This document shows, in pieces, positions 63,774 through 64,000 of a stretch of 64,000 nt of DNA; the stretch's first letter is position 1, and each line of letters begins with the position of its first letter. The notes below the pieces were generated by a model that had not been told where the DNA came from, made no database searches, and worked only from the letters and a program-made list of their open reading frames with translations. The position numbers and the translations under genes were made by a program. Origin of the DNA: Hemiscyllium ocellatum (lineage: Eukaryota). The stretch spans positions 6,417,201-6,481,200 of the forward strand of contig NC_083435.1 of assembly GCF_020745735.1 (NCBI RefSeq), read 5' to 3'.

Positions 63774-64000
63774 CCCTTTTTTTTCCTGTCTGTCAAAGCT
63801 TAAAACCTGGCTCTCAACTTTCCATCGGTGTTGGCCTGTGCTTCCTTCCCCGTGACAATGAAATCAATGTGACCAAGCAGAGTGTGGGGGTGATCAGCAA
63901 ATTTTCAAGATATGTTTGACCTCCAATTAAGGGGAACATTTTAAAACATAAACACTTGCAAAGTCTTAACATTTCTCCCACTCCCTCATCCCCTAAGCAT

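Overview
Eukaryotic genomic DNA, most likely from a cartilaginous fish (shark). This is inferred from the HE1/V-SINE, CR1 and Penelope repeat content. The window holds a cluster of three six-coding-exon TRIM (RBCC-B30.2/PRYSPRY) genes, each reconstructed by hand from GT-AG sites with consistent phases. Gene A (minus strand, 21170->863, about 473 aa) is TRIM35-like with an intact RING and an ISRE-like element just upstream of its ATG. Gene B (plus strand, 31146->44600, about 423 aa) is a head-to-head paralog of A that has lost the RING domain in frame, and apparently the ISRE too. Gene C (plus strand, 53645->62489, about 512 aa) is NF7/A33/TRIM69-like. A and B share a 225-bp tract with one mismatch around exon 5, while their PRYSPRY loops are strongly diverged, suggesting a RING-plus / RING-less partner pair. 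The rest of the window is repeats: a roughly 9.6-kb GA/GT-rich intronic array, minisatellites, CR1 and Tx1 LINE fragments, SINEs, solo-LTR-like elements, a decayed Harbinger-like Myb ORF, and Penelope-like GIY-YIG elements. The Penelope termini and several fold-back elements carry minimal hammerhead-ribozyme-like motifs of two covarying families. Exon coordinates were read base by base, repeat boundaries are approximate, and family names come from remembered motifs rather than database searches.
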